Positions 19,520 through 28,595 of a DNA stretch of 41,456 nucleotides are shown in pieces; within the stretch, counting starts at the first letter, position 1; the number at the start of each line of letters is the position of its first letter. The stretch comes from a virus. The position numbers and the translations under genes are program-made. Below the pieces are notes generated by a model. That model was not told the origin of the DNA, ran no database searches, and was given only the letters and a program-made list of their open reading frames with translations. The stretch lies in the UHGV virus genome UHGV-1460059; one strand, 5' to 3'.

Positions 19520-20572
19520 TTATTTCCCCACCAGTTCACTTACCTCTTTCACCGTCTGATTAAACCGCTCTGACTCAAGTTCAACACCTAACGCCCGACG
19601 CCCCAGCGCCATTGCTGCTTTTATTGTGGAACCGGATCCCATAAAGAAATCAGCAACCAGATCACCAGGTCGACTACTGGCATTGATTATTTGCCGGAGC
19701 ATATCCGCCGGTTTCTCGCACGGATGTTTACCCGGGTAGAACTGAACGGGCTTATGCGTCCAGACATCGGTATAAGGCACGGAGACTGATACGGAGAAAT
19801 AGCGCCGGAGAGATTTAAACTCATCCAGCAATTCAGAATATTTGCGATTCAGTGAATCATAAGATGCCACCAGCTGGTGGTGTGGTTGTTCCAGTTGTTG
19901 TTCCTGAAACTTCTCTGCCGCTATACGGGAAAACAGTGCCTGTAACTTCCGATAGTCAGCCTCATTCGGCAACTGCCACTGACTGGCACCAAACCAGTGG
20001 GAAACCATATTTTTCTTACCTGTGGCTTCGGCAATTTGTTTTGCCGTTATACCCAGTTCGGCACGAGCATCCCTGAAATACGATATCAGCGGTGCCATTA
20101 TGTGCTGTTTGAGTTCCCTTTCTTTTGCCGCATAGCCGTCACTTTTGCCGCGATATGGCCCCTGGTAATGTTCAGCAAACAGAACGCGCTCTGTGGCAGG
20201 AAAATATGCGCGCAGACTTTCTTTATTACACCCATTCCAACGTCCGGACGGCTTCGCCCAGATGATATGGTTAAGCACGTTGAAACGTTCACGCATCATG
20301 ATCTCAATATCAGATGCCAGGCGATGCCCACAGAACAGGTAAAGGCTTCCGGCAGGTTTCAACACCCGCCAGAACTGGGCCAGACAGTGGTCCAGCCACT
20401 TAAGGTAATCTTCGTCCCCTTTCCACTGATTGTCCCAACCGTTAGGTTTCACCTTGAAGTAAGGCGGATCGGTAACAATCAGGTCAATGGAATCATCAGG
20501 CAGGGACTGAATAAAATGCAGGCAATCAGCGTTGATTAAATCAACACTGTTTATTTTTACAGTATTTTTCAT
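19520..20572 (-). CDS. DNA methyltransferase (amino-MTase, beta class: DPPY then FxGxG)
   Basis: Motif IV LIVTDPPYF near the N-terminus and motif I DFFMGSGST near the C-terminus. Located between the late promoter region and the lysis genes. Confidence 0.8.
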   Translation of the reverse strand: MKNTVKINSVDLINADCLHFIQSLPDDSIDLIVTDPPYFKVKPNGWDNQWKGDEDYLKWLDHCLAQFWRVLKPAGSLYLFCGHRLASDIEIMMRERFNVLNHIIWAKPSGRWNGCNKESLRAYFPATERVLFAEHYQGPYRGKSDGYAAKERELKQHIMAPLISYFRDARAELGITAKQIAEATGKKNMVSHWFGASQWQLPNEADYRKLQALFSRIAAEKFQEQQLEQPHHQLVASYDSLNRKYSELLDEFKSLRRYFSVSVSVPYTDVWTHKPVQFYPGKHPCEKPADMLRQIINASSRPGDLVADFFMGSGSTIKAAMALGRRALGVELESERFNQTVKEVSELVGK

Positions 20573-20722
20573 GGATCAGTAAGCGTAACTCTGGTAGGCT
20601 CACTCTGCTTTTGCGCTAAAGCAGTGGGCCGTGGTTCGCTTGTGACCAGTAAGCATGAGCGAATGGCTGGCAGGTGCTACCAACACCCACCAGCCGCCCA
20701 TTTTCACAGCAGGAAACCGCCA

Positions 20723-20950
20723 TTACTGGCAGCGTCTGAATTTATTCCCGTACCCGCCGTTATCCTTCGCCAGACCCGCCAGAACTAACTGAGTCAGTAT
20801 TAACTGGCACCGGGCTTCGCTTACTCCGGTAGTTCTCGTCATCATGCGTGGCGTTACCCACTTGTCAGCAGGTAAGAAATGAAGGACTGCGGCGGCGGTT
20901 TCTGTCATATCTTGCTGTTTTAGCATGTCTTTTTCCCTTCTGGTTAACAT
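20723..20950 (-). CDS. Hypothetical small protein (first ORF downstream of the late terminator)
   Basis: 75-aa ORF, no recognised motif. Confidence 0.3.
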   Translation of the reverse strand: MLTRREKDMLKQQDMTETAAAVLHFLPADKWVTPRMMTRTTGVSEARCQLILTQLVLAGLAKDNGGYGNKFRRCQ

Positions 20951-21046
20951 GACATACCAATAACTCTTGTCTAAAAATCCAGCAAGATAAAAAGTCAGTA
21001 TTCACGACCACCAGCGTGTTTACTGTACTGCACCAAGTTTACAGGT

Positions 21047-21073
21047 ACAAAAAACCCGCTCAGTGGCGGGTTC
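21047..21073 (-). terminator. Intrinsic terminator downstream of the late promoter (tR'-like)
   Basis: On the minus strand: stem AACCCGC, loop CACTGA, stem GCGGGTT, followed by TTTTTTGT. Confidence 0.55.
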
Positions 21074-21118
21074 TTAAATCTTATCAACGGTAGACATACA
21101 AAGCCCATCGTTGGGAAA

Positions 21119-21147
21119 ATCTTATCCATGTTTTTTGAAAAATGCAA
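21119..21147 (-). promoter_or_regulatory. Candidate late promoter (PR'-like) just downstream of Q
   Basis: Minus strand TTGCAT (21147-21142), 17-nt spacer, TAAGAT (21124-21119), about 45-70 nt upstream of the terminator. Confidence 0.45.
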
Positions 21148-21178
21148 GCATCATGTCGCCATCTTCGGCGAAAATCAT

Positions 21179-21937
21179 TTATTTTGTCACTTTTCTCAAT
21201 TGTGTCTCTGCATATGCTTCTTCCTGCCAGCACTTTGTAACCAGTTTATCAATGACATCTGCATATCCTTTGTACCACTGATAATCCGTCAGATCCGGTA
21301 CCAGCTTCTGGACATGATGCCGCGCCAGTGTGGTTGGTAAACGGCTAAACCGGTTTCCATTGCAACGCCCACAAATCTTATAAACAGGCGTGCCATGAAG
21401 CCGGGTCCTTTTTTCATCCAGGACAATACCTTTACCCTTACACCCTCTGCACGCTGTGCTGACTTCTCCCTTACCATGACAATGCTGACATAGTTCCTTC
21501 ACCCACTCCTCCTTGATAACAGATTCACCGCTTCTGGAGTGTTTCACCACTTCGCGCAATACATTATGAAATCCAGTACCTGCACAATGCTCACAGCGAG
21601 CCTTACTTGCCGCAGACCTGGAATAATCAGCAAAGGCAAAATTCACAAGGTAAGGGATGATCTGTAACCGGGTTTCTTCACTCAATTTATTCAATGTCGG
21701 GTTATCCAGTGCCATCGCGTAATTGAGCAGACCTTCAATCGCAAACTGAGGATCCTGAACACCAACTTTTGCCAGGAATAAGGCAAAACCCAGTGGTGCT
21801 TTCGACTGCACCATCCCCTGCGCAGCCATCACATCCGTAATCGTTAAACCACCAGAGCCTGTCGCCGGTGCGTCATCGCTCAATTTTGGAGATTTTGGGG
21901 AGTAATATTTTGGTAAGGCTTCAAGGTTCATGCTCAT
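21179..21937 (-). CDS. Late-gene antiterminator Q-like protein
   Basis: 252-aa protein with clustered Cys/His zinc motifs (CEHCAGTGF…CQHCHGKGE…CRGCKGKG…CGRCNGN), positioned immediately upstream of a promoter/terminator pair and the lysis genes. Confidence 0.6.
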   Translation of the reverse strand: MSMNLEALPKYYSPKSPKLSDDAPATGSGGLTITDVMAAQGMVQSKAPLGFALFLAKVGVQDPQFAIEGLLNYAMALDNPTLNKLSEETRLQIIPYLVNFAFADYSRSAASKARCEHCAGTGFHNVLREVVKHSRSGESVIKEEWVKELCQHCHGKGEVSTACRGCKGKGIVLDEKRTRLHGTPVYKICGRCNGNRFSRLPTTLARHHVQKLVPDLTDYQWYKGYADVIDKLVTKCWQEEAYAETQLRKVTK

Positions 21938-21944
21938 TCTCCAC

Positions 21945-22940
21945 TTACGCCAGTACGCCTATTGCCAGCGCACGATCGATAAAACGAAATATCAGCTCCA
22001 GCTGGGAGCCATACTTCTCTTCAAATGCCACGGTATCCGCATGCAGCTCGTCGTGATGCTTTCTGCACAAAGGCAACACAAAGAGGTCATGCGCTTTTGT
22101 ACCCATTCCCCCCTGACCGTGGCCTATCAGGTGGTGGGGATCATCAGCGGGCTTTCCACAACATGCACACGGCTGTGTCTTAACCCAGCGCGTGTACTTT
22201 TCATTAACCCAGCGGCGACGTTTTGGGCGTAACATAAAAGACTCCGGCGACTCCGGATCCACTTTCAGCGCCAGCACCTTTTTTGCCTTATCCTGGATGA
22301 TGCTGGTGGCAGGAACCGAAGGCACAAGGTCACTTTCCCGGGTGACAGACGGCACAACAGGCTTTGGTAATCTCAGTGCCTTACGGGCTGCACTTTCCGG
22401 TAAGGCATCCGCCAGGTCATTACGAATCAGCCACCAGCACAGTTCCGGCATTGTCACAACGTGACTATCATCAAAACCGAGATCCCGACGCACAACAGAC
22501 AACACCCAGCGGGCACAGTTATCCGTTGCCATTGATTCCAGCCGTTCCGTGAACTGATCGCGCAGCTGGTTATCACAGTGCCAGCACAGACGGATTGCGC
22601 CCGGAGCGTGTCGCATTGTGGTCATGTTCTCGCTGTGCCAGTCGGAATGAGGCCACTGGCAGCCTTTTTCACGAAGTAACCAGCTTTCAAGACATTCCAC
22701 GCCACCAGCACGACGGATCACTGCCTCATTGCGGAACACGGCCCGAACGGCAGGATCATCCGCCAGCGGTTGTGATGCCGCCGGAACGGCACCACTGGAG
22801 AAAGATGAATAACGCTCCGGCTCAGGCTCCAGCAGGACACGCCCCTGCATAAACAGGGGCATCAGCTCTGAACCGGGTCTGAACAATACGATCCCCATAC
22901 GCGGGGCTATTTCAGGGGTCAGTAGTGCTCTCACGGTCAC
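21945..22940 (-). CDS. DUF968-type prophage protein (YdfU-like)
   Basis: 331-aa; C-terminal CACCGKPADDPHHLIGHG…LCRKHHDELH motif recalled from DUF968/YdfU proteins of lambdoid prophages. Confidence 0.5.
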   Translation of the reverse strand: MTVRALLTPEIAPRMGIVLFRPGSELMPLFMQGRVLLEPEPERYSSFSSGAVPAASQPLADDPAVRAVFRNEAVIRRAGGVECLESWLLREKGCQWPHSDWHSENMTTMRHAPGAIRLCWHCDNQLRDQFTERLESMATDNCARWVLSVVRRDLGFDDSHVVTMPELCWWLIRNDLADALPESAARKALRLPKPVVPSVTRESDLVPSVPATSIIQDKAKKVLALKVDPESPESFMLRPKRRRWVNEKYTRWVKTQPCACCGKPADDPHHLIGHGQGGMGTKAHDLFVLPLCRKHHDELHADTVAFEEKYGSQLELIFRFIDRALAIGVLA

Positions 22941-22941
22941 C

Positions 22942-23751
22942 TCAATGAACGGTATCGAGCAGCTTTAACAGCTCAGGGAATCGGGATTCGAAGAAATGCG
23001 GCTGCGTCTCACGCGGATTTGCGGGACTGGTAATGTTCTTGCCGAACATGCAACCTTTCGCTGTCAGCGACCAGAATTTTTTGATGTTGTTAATCGCGGT
23101 ACGGCTGTATCGTTCGCGTTGTTCAACGATCCCCAGCTTCGCCATCTGGTGATATGCCTGATTAGCCGTCAGGCGGATACCATACTGCTTCAGCAGTGCA
23201 CTCAGCGACAGCGTCGGGCGGCTTGAGCCATCAGGCGCGTCAGCAGGTGCATCAATGGCATAGCGCGGTGCCAGATTCGGTAAGCCAACAGCCTCCTGGA
23301 GTTTCTGACAGGCCCCAAGCACTGAAGAGTTAGACAGGTTTAACTCCCTGCGCATAAAGTCCAGCAGAATCACTCCAGCCTGCATCTTGTCAGCAGCCTG
23401 CCCGGATAATTTTTCCGGTACGCTGGTTACCATATCGAAAGTACGGATCACCTTCAGATGGAATGACGGGCTGATCCACATTGCATAGGCATACACCAGT
23501 TCTTTGCAGACATACGTCCCCTGGTTATTTCCGCCATTAATGACGCTAACTGGTTGATTTTGTTCCAGAGGCGGAATTCCACCCTCGGTGAAAAGTTGTT
23601 CAATCAATTCACAGGTTTGCTTATTGGAGAGCCAGTATTTCGGGCGGTTTTTTTGTTCTCCCCCGGCTGCCCTGTGCAGATCGTTCAGGCTGTAACGCCC
23701 ATAAGCATCACGACGAACTTCAATACCATCAATGACCATCAGATTATTCAT
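22942..23751 (-). CDS. KilA-N domain protein
   Basis: 269-aa early-region protein whose N-terminal region resembles KilA-N domains by recall. Confidence 0.5.
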   Translation of the reverse strand: MNNLMVIDGIEVRRDAYGRYSLNDLHRAAGGEQKNRPKYWLSNKQTCELIEQLFTEGGIPPLEQNQPVSVINGGNNQGTYVCKELVYAYAMWISPSFHLKVIRTFDMVTSVPEKLSGQAADKMQAGVILLDFMRRELNLSNSSVLGACQKLQEAVGLPNLAPRYAIDAPADAPDGSSRPTLSLSALLKQYGIRLTANQAYHQMAKLGIVEQRERYSRTAINNIKKFWSLTAKGCMFGKNITSPANPRETQPHFFESRFPELLKLLDTVH

Positions 23752-23770
23752 ACTTCGTTTCTCCTCTTAA

Positions 23771-24160
23771 TCAGGCGGCTGCACCCGCCGTTTTCTCGTA
23801 CTTACTGATAGTGATCTCGACCTTCCCTCCCGGGATAACCGGTCCCCACTCCACCAGCATTCTTTTCACCTGACTGTCGTCTTCCCACACACCCGCGTGG
23901 GTCAGGGCGTCAAACAGCGCCTTGTTATAGTTGTCCAGATCGCGGATCCGGTTATCCGGAGGAAACAACACGATCTCCACTGAAGCAGGTGCCGACGTTG
24001 GTTTCGGCAGACGACGTAACTGCTCAACTATTGCTGCGCACGCCGCGCTCTGGAATTTTCGCCCCGCCGCGCTTATCAGACTCTTACCAGCAAACGCCCC
24101 TTTGTTGGGGTGTCGCCAGTACGTGTTCACGCTGGGCGGGAAAGGCAAGATCAGCTTCAT
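23771..24160 (-). CDS. rusA: Holliday junction resolvase RusA
   Basis: 129-aa protein; …RDLDNYNKALFDALTHAGVWEDDSQV… matches the RusA catalytic region (RDLDN…DALT…DD). Confidence 0.7.
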   Translation of the reverse strand: MKLILPFPPSVNTYWRHPNKGAFAGKSLISAAGRKFQSAACAAIVEQLRRLPKPTSAPASVEIVLFPPDNRIRDLDNYNKALFDALTHAGVWEDDSQVKRMLVEWGPVIPGGKVEITISKYEKTAGAAA

Positions 24161-24162
24161 AC

Positions 24163-24483
24163 TTACAGGCCTCTCTCATGTAACCAGTGGGCTGCACGCA
24201 GCCTGGCGTTTTCCTCACCGGCAAGCAGTGTGCGGATAATCCCGACCGCCTCGCTGTCGTCGTCCTTCACCGCGGTATGAAGCGTTATCCCCCGGGCCAC
24301 GCCACGCTTTATCGTGATGACGCCTTTTTTCTCCAGTGCACGAAGATGCTCTACCGCTGCATTCACTGAACGGTATCCCAGCATGGTTGCCACCTCCTGA
24401 TTGGTTGGCGGAAAGCCACGCTCTTTCTGGTAAGAAATCAGCATATCCAGCACCTGCTGCTGGCATTGAGTTAACGTCGTCAT
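24163..24483 (-). CDS. LexA N-terminal DNA-binding-domain-like protein
   Basis: LTQCQQQVLDMLISYQKERGFPPTNQEVATMLGYRSVNAAVEHLRALEKKGVI resembles the LexA winged-HTH domain. Confidence 0.45.
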   Translation of the reverse strand: MTTLTQCQQQVLDMLISYQKERGFPPTNQEVATMLGYRSVNAAVEHLRALEKKGVITIKRGVARGITLHTAVKDDDSEAVGIIRTLLAGEENARLRAAHWLHERGL

Positions 24484-25133
24484 GCCGCCATCTCCCTGAC
24501 CAGTTTTTCCGCCTGCTGGCGAACCTGCACCAGAAAGGCTTCACCACATGCCTCAAGTTCATCGCGCCCGATGTAGCTGATTGCCGGTCCCTTCCAGGTC
24601 TTGTCGAAAACAGCAATAGCACCAGCGAAGAAAGCGCCTGTCGGCACCTGCTTCTCATCCTTCGGGATAAACCAGGCAGGCAGTTCAAAACCAATACGCC
24701 CGCGAATAAAAGCAATATGGTCCGCATCTTCCGGCCACCACACTTCGCTGGTGGCAGCTTTGATCAGGAAAACATAGCGCCCGCCCTTATCACGCATGGC
24801 ACTGGCATGTTTCATGATGTAACGCATGCCGGTGATGTATTGCCCCTCATGCTGACTGGCGCGGCTGTATGGGGGATTACCAAAGGCAGCACCTTTAAGC
24901 TCCGCAAGACGTTCTGACCAGTCATGCGCCAGCGCGTTGTCTTCCGCCGTGTAATACGCGGCACATTTGGCGTTATCACCGTCAGTGAACAGATCCAGAA
25001 CAAACGGACCAAACAGGGTGTTAATTCCCCAGAAAATGTTATCCGGCGTGCGCCACTGATCTCCCACTTCCTTCAGTTCATGGGCTGGTTTATTCCGCAG
25101 TTCCACCAGCGCCTGGCAATATTTATTACTCAT
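24480..25133 (-). CDS. Phage N6-adenine DNA methyltransferase (Dam-like)
   Basis: NPPY motif (FGNPPYS). Start placed at the ATG at 25133 (MSNKYCQALV…), which overlaps the upstream stop. Confidence 0.7.
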   Translation of the reverse strand: MSNKYCQALVELRNKPAHELKEVGDQWRTPDNIFWGINTLFGPFVLDLFTDGDNAKCAAYYTAEDNALAHDWSERLAELKGAAFGNPPYSRASQHEGQYITGMRYIMKHASAMRDKGGRYVFLIKAATSEVWWPEDADHIAFIRGRIGFELPAWFIPKDEKQVPTGAFFAGAIAVFDKTWKGPAISYIGRDELEACGEAFLVQVRQQAEKLVREMAA

Positions 25134-25627
25134 TAAGCCCCCACGTAATTCCCTGACAGATACCACTCTTCACCCGATGCAGCGTGCTTGCTGCTTTTCC
25201 GTAAGCACCGCTCACGACGCGCCAGAAAATTGTTTCGTTCTGGCTGGGAGTGGCTTTCACGGAATGCCGCCATCCACACGGTTGCAGCACGACGGTATAA
25301 GCCCCTTGACTCCAGTTCTTCCGCCTGGCGGGTCAGGCACAAAATCACCCGGGGATCGTTAGTGCCGACATAGAAATTGCGCGCAGGTCTGGTTTCACGA
25401 ACTGGTTGTGGTTCCGGCTCCTGCGCTCTCTCAGTCAGGCGCGGGAAATGTCTGCGTGTATCCCCTTCACAACGGTGAGCCACACGCCCACTCTGACGTA
25501 ACTTGCTTGCTGACTGCAGAACGCGCTGCCGTGAGTAACCAGCAAAAGCATCCGCAATGTCTCCGGAAGTACACCCCGGATGGGCTTCAATGAATTTCTG
25601 AACGTCATTTAACAGACTCATGATCAC
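25133..25627 (-). CDS. PerC/ANR-like small regulator (tentative)
   Basis: LTRQAEELESRGLYRRAATVWMAAF resembles the PerC-family signature as recalled. Coupled to the replication gene by an overlapping stop/start. Confidence 0.35.
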   Translation of the reverse strand: MIMSLLNDVQKFIEAHPGCTSGDIADAFAGYSRQRVLQSASKLRQSGRVAHRCEGDTRRHFPRLTERAQEPEPQPVRETRPARNFYVGTNDPRVILCLTRQAEELESRGLYRRAATVWMAAFRESHSQPERNNFLARRERCLRKSSKHAASGEEWYLSGNYVGA

Positions 25628-26565
25628 CCCCTGAATCCTGCCGGGATCTGGCTGTAGTCCACGTTGTCGTAACTGGATTTGAAGTACGGGTCTTCGCGTT
25701 TTTCAGTGTACGTGCTTACGGACGGCGATAAGCGCAGGGAAAGCTCATCCCATTTTTCCCGCAGCTTCGACGGGCTGAGCACGTTACGGCACCAGAACGG
25801 ATCGCGGCTGACGCGGCTGTACATCTCGCAGATTTGTTTGTGAGTACGACCATCCTGCACACACATCAGGCGAATTTCGTTTGCCCAGGCTGTCCAGTTC
25901 GGTTCTTTGGGACGAACCACCTCGCCGTCACATTCGGCGGCCTGCTCGTACAGGGCGATGATTTTTTTCCAGAGCCACTGTGCGCAGGTCAAATCATCCT
26001 GCGTTCCCCACTGGCGCTTTTTAGGGCTGAATACAACCGCATCAGGATGGCGAGTTAAAAAATCCTGTTCATCCGTCTGCGTGTCCGGTTGCGAAGCGTC
26101 CGGACGAGAAGTTTTTTTATCTGACGGATCATGTTTTGATTTTACTGACGGATCCCCGCCAGATTCTGACGGGTGAAAACCCGCTTTTTTGCCAGATTTC
26201 GACGCATCAAATTTTGACGGGTCAGATTTTGATGCGTCAGATTTTGACGGGTCAGAATCTGACAGTTGAGAAAATGCCGCTGCCTGAAGCTTCGCAACGT
26301 TAAGCTGATAAACATTCGACGCATTGCGGTTACCCTGGCGACGCGCCTTACGCGTTAACCAGCCTTCTGCTTCCAGCCGTGCGATAGCCGTTCTGACGGT
26401 ACTCATCCCCGCGCCAATCTGGCGGGCAATGGTTTCAATTGATGGCCAGCACACACCTTCGTCATTACTGAAATCAGCCAGGCGGGCCATAATTGCCACG
26501 CTGGATAATTTCATGCCTGATGCAGCGCAACCATCCCATACATAGCCGGTTAATTTAGTGCTCAT
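25624..26565 (-). CDS. Replication initiator (lambda O analogue) with N-terminal winged HTH
   Basis: 313-aa protein; N-terminal HTH (…SIETIARQIGAGMSTVRTAIARLEAEGWL…); central low-complexity DPSKSDASKSDPSKFDASKS linker encoded by a DNA iteron array. Confidence 0.5.
   Translation of the reverse strand: MSTKLTGYVWDGCAASGMKLSSVAIMARLADFSNDEGVCWPSIETIARQIGAGMSTVRTAIARLEAEGWLTRKARRQGNRNASNVYQLNVAKLQAAAFSQLSDSDPSKSDASKSDPSKFDASKSGKKAGFHPSESGGDPSVKSKHDPSDKKTSRPDASQPDTQTDEQDFLTRHPDAVVFSPKKRQWGTQDDLTCAQWLWKKIIALYEQAAECDGEVVRPKEPNWTAWANEIRLMCVQDGRTHKQICEMYSRVSRDPFWCRNVLSPSKLREKWDELSLRLSPSVSTYTEKREDPYFKSSYDNVDYSQIPAGFRG
26119..26265. repeat. Iteron array (candidate origin of replication) inside the initiator gene
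   Basis: Tandem ~15-bp units TTTTGACGGGTCAGA / TTTTGATGCGTCAGA / TTTTGACGGGTCAGA plus degenerate copies (ATCTGACGGATCATG, TTACTGACGGATCCC, ATTCTGACGGGTGAA), flanked by T-runs. Confidence 0.55.
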
Positions 26566-26574
26566 GACCGACCT

Positions 26575-26913
26575 CTATTTCCCTGAATTTACGACGAAAC
26601 TGTTCGAGCGGGCTGAAGCACTCATGCTCATAGCCTTCGCGGAGGTAGATAACCCGTTGTGTTTCCGGCTCCCAACGAATGACTCTGACGGGCACTCCGT
26701 AGTGATCTTTGAACCAGCGGTTAACTTGTCGCAAAGGACTGTCTCCTTCTGCCGGTTGAAATCACCCACAGCCCACTCTGCAAAGCTGTGGGTTACAATT
26801 TCCCTGTCACCTGGTACATTTACTGCATAGCAATACTCCACCTTCGCTTTTCCACCCGGTACAGGAAGCGCAATCAGTTGCGAGCGACGGTAGTGTGTTG
26901 TTAAACTGTTCAT
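26575..26913 (-). CDS. Hypothetical early protein
   Basis: 112-aa ORF whose start has an ATGA overlap with the stop of the upstream gene. Confidence 0.4.
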   Translation of the reverse strand: MNSLTTHYRRSQLIALPVPGGKAKVEYCYAVNVPGDREIVTHSFAEWAVGDFNRQKETVLCDKLTAGSKITTECPSESFVGSRKHNGLSTSAKAMSMSASARSNSFVVNSGK

Positions 26914-27461
26914 GCGTTAGTTTCTCCACAGTCACGACACGCCACGGCGCCCGGAGCTGCACACTCGCGGGCGTCATTACTTTCTGAAATGCAAAAAATT
27001 TTGTAGACCAGTGCTGCATGCTCCTGCAGCTTCGAAATTGAGAGGTACAGCTCGTCGTTAATTGCTGTCTTCTCATGCGGTTCCACTACACCGTCTTCAA
27101 TTGCTGAACGAATCTGTTTTGAATAACTGCCGATCTGTTCAATGACTTCCAGCAGGCGCTGGTTAATATCGGCGTTGTCCACATCCTCGACGTCAGGAAG
27201 AGACACAAAGACGCCATTTGCAGACTGCGCCACAGCGTCAGCAATGAAGTGAGTTCCACCAGCACGTTGCAAAATCATTGCCCATCCCAGCGGGAAAATC
27301 TGATCGCCATCGGCACGAAGGCGGTTAAATAATGCGTTCTCTGTTACATCCAGCCAGTCAGCAGCTTCAGCGTACCCCCCCGGCAACGCTGCGATAGTTT
27401 TTCTGACAGCTTTCACGTACCACTCAGGCTGTTTTTCTACTTTCCAGTGATGCTTACCCAC
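26910..27461 (-). CDS. CII-like early regulatory protein (tentative)
   Basis: 183-aa ORF immediately downstream of cro, overlapping its stop; Cys-rich C-terminus. Confidence 0.4.
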   Translation of the reverse strand: MGKHHWKVEKQPEWYVKAVRKTIAALPGGYAEAADWLDVTENALFNRLRADGDQIFPLGWAMILQRAGGTHFIADAVAQSANGVFVSLPDVEDVDNADINQRLLEVIEQIGSYSKQIRSAIEDGVVEPHEKTAINDELYLSISKLQEHAALVYKIFCISESNDARECAAPGAVACRDCGETNA

Positions 27462-27714
27462 GGTTCACCTCCTGTTCCTGTGGTTTAAACCCATTCTGAT
27501 TTTGGCTAGATTGAAAACGTGCCGGATAAAGAATCTGCATTTCGCTGACTTCACCCTTAAAAAAATTGGCTAAACGTTCTGCAAGCTCGATAGATGGAAT
27601 CTGCTCCAGCCTCTCAATACGACTCAACGTCGCTGGATTGACTTGAACACCCGCAGCAACATGCTGCAAAGTGAAACCATGCGCCTTACGCACATTTCGT
27701 AATGGTGATTGCAT
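27454..27714 (-). CDS. Cro-like HTH (XRE-family) repressor
   Basis: 86-aa HTH protein divergent from cI; GGAGGA 5 nt upstream of the ATG. Confidence 0.6.
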   Translation of the reverse strand: MQSPLRNVRKAHGFTLQHVAAGVQVNPATLSRIERLEQIPSIELAERLANFFKGEVSEMQILYPARFQSSQNQNGFKPQEQEVNRG

Positions 27715-27811
27715 ATGTCCTCCAGATATTGCGCGTTATGCATGTTATTTCACGCAATTATTTTGCGCAAGTTGATTTGCTTATCACGCAATAAAGAAAT
27801 GTAATAAACGC
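27715..27811. promoter_or_regulatory. Divergent cI/cro switch region: operators with PR-like and PRM-like promoters
   Basis: TTGC-N7-GCAA-type sites at 27729-27743 and 27777-27791, plus GCAA-ttatt-TTGC at 27755-27768. Candidate PRM: TTGCTT (27777-27782), 17 nt, TGTAAT (27800-27805), 6 nt to the cI ATG with no SD. Confidence 0.55.
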
Positions 27812-28504
27812 ATGAACATAGGAAACCGAGTCAGACAACTTCGCCAAGCGAAGAACATGAAAATCGCCGATCTCGCTGAAGCAATAGGAGTAGATGCGGC
27901 GAACATCTCGCGCTTAGAAACGGGTAAGCAAAAACAATTTACCGAACAAACACTGAGTAATATTGCCAAGAGCTTAGGTGTTGATATTGCTGATCTCTTT
28001 ACCTCTGCCCACAAAAGTAATACTGTATATAAAAACAGTAATAATGAGGATGTTGCGCAGGTGAAGGATGTGTTCCGTATTGAAATGCTGGATATCAGTG
28101 CCAGTGCGGGAAATGGCCTTATCCAGGGCGGTGATGTCATTGATGTGATTCATGCCATCGAATACAGAACTGATAATGCTGTATCAATGTTCGGCGGACG
28201 ACCAGCCAATCACATCAAAGTTATCAACGTTCGTGGGGACAGTATGTGTCCAACCATTGAGCCAGGAGATCTCATCTTCGTTGATGTCAGCATCAATCAG
28301 TTTGATGGTGATGGTATATATGTCTTTGGTTTTGATGACAAAATATACGTTAAAAGACTTCAAATGATTCCTGACAAACTGCTGGTGATTTCTGATAACC
28401 AGATTTACCGTGAATGGGGAATTACTAGCGAAAACGAACACCGATTCATGGTCTTTGGAAAGGTCTTAATCAGTCAGTCGCAAACCCTTAAGAGACATAA
28501 TTAA
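27812..28504 (+). CDS. cI: CI-type repressor (HTH + S24 LexA-like autopeptidase domain)
   Basis: N-terminal XRE-type HTH; C-terminal GDSMCPT (Ser) and VKRL (Lys) peptidase S24 motifs. Confidence 0.85.
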   Translation: MNIGNRVRQLRQAKNMKIADLAEAIGVDAANISRLETGKQKQFTEQTLSNIAKSLGVDIADLFTSAHKSNTVYKNSNNEDVAQVKDVFRIEMLDISASAGNGLIQGGDVIDVIHAIEYRTDNAVSMFGGRPANHIKVINVRGDSMCPTIEPGDLIFVDVSINQFDGDGIYVFGFDDKIYVKRLQMIPDKLLVISDNQIYREWGITSENEHRFMVFGKVLISQSQTLKRHN

Positions 28505-28523
28505 CCTCAATATCCCATCCATC

Positions 28524-28546
28524 GGCCACCGAAAGGTGGCTTTTTA
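28524..28546 (+). terminator. Intrinsic terminator downstream of cI
   Basis: GGCCACC-GAAA-GGTGGC followed by TTTTTA. Confidence 0.65.
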
Positions 28547-28558
28547 TTACCTATAAAT

Positions 28559-28595
28559 TTGCATATTTCGCAAAAATAACTTGCATATATCGCAA
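28559..28595. promoter_or_regulatory. Second operator cluster (OL-like) with a candidate leftward early promoter
   Basis: Two copies of TTGCATAT(T/A)TCGCAA (28559-28573, 28581-28595), the same half-site family as the cI/cro operators. Possible -35 TTGCAT (28581-28586) and -10 TATCTT (28604-28609). Confidence 0.4.

Noticed and set aside
20573-20722. Possible tRNA gene in the gap between the methyltransferase and the first late ORF
   Set aside because: Lambdoid phages often carry tRNAs near here, but I found no cloverleaf: no acceptor stem pairing and only a weak GGTTCG-like match; one small hairpin only.
26119-26265. CRISPR array interpretation of the 15-bp repeat cluster
   Set aside because: The repeats are contiguous iterons without spacers, lie inside a coding frame and sit in a replication gene; there are no cas genes.
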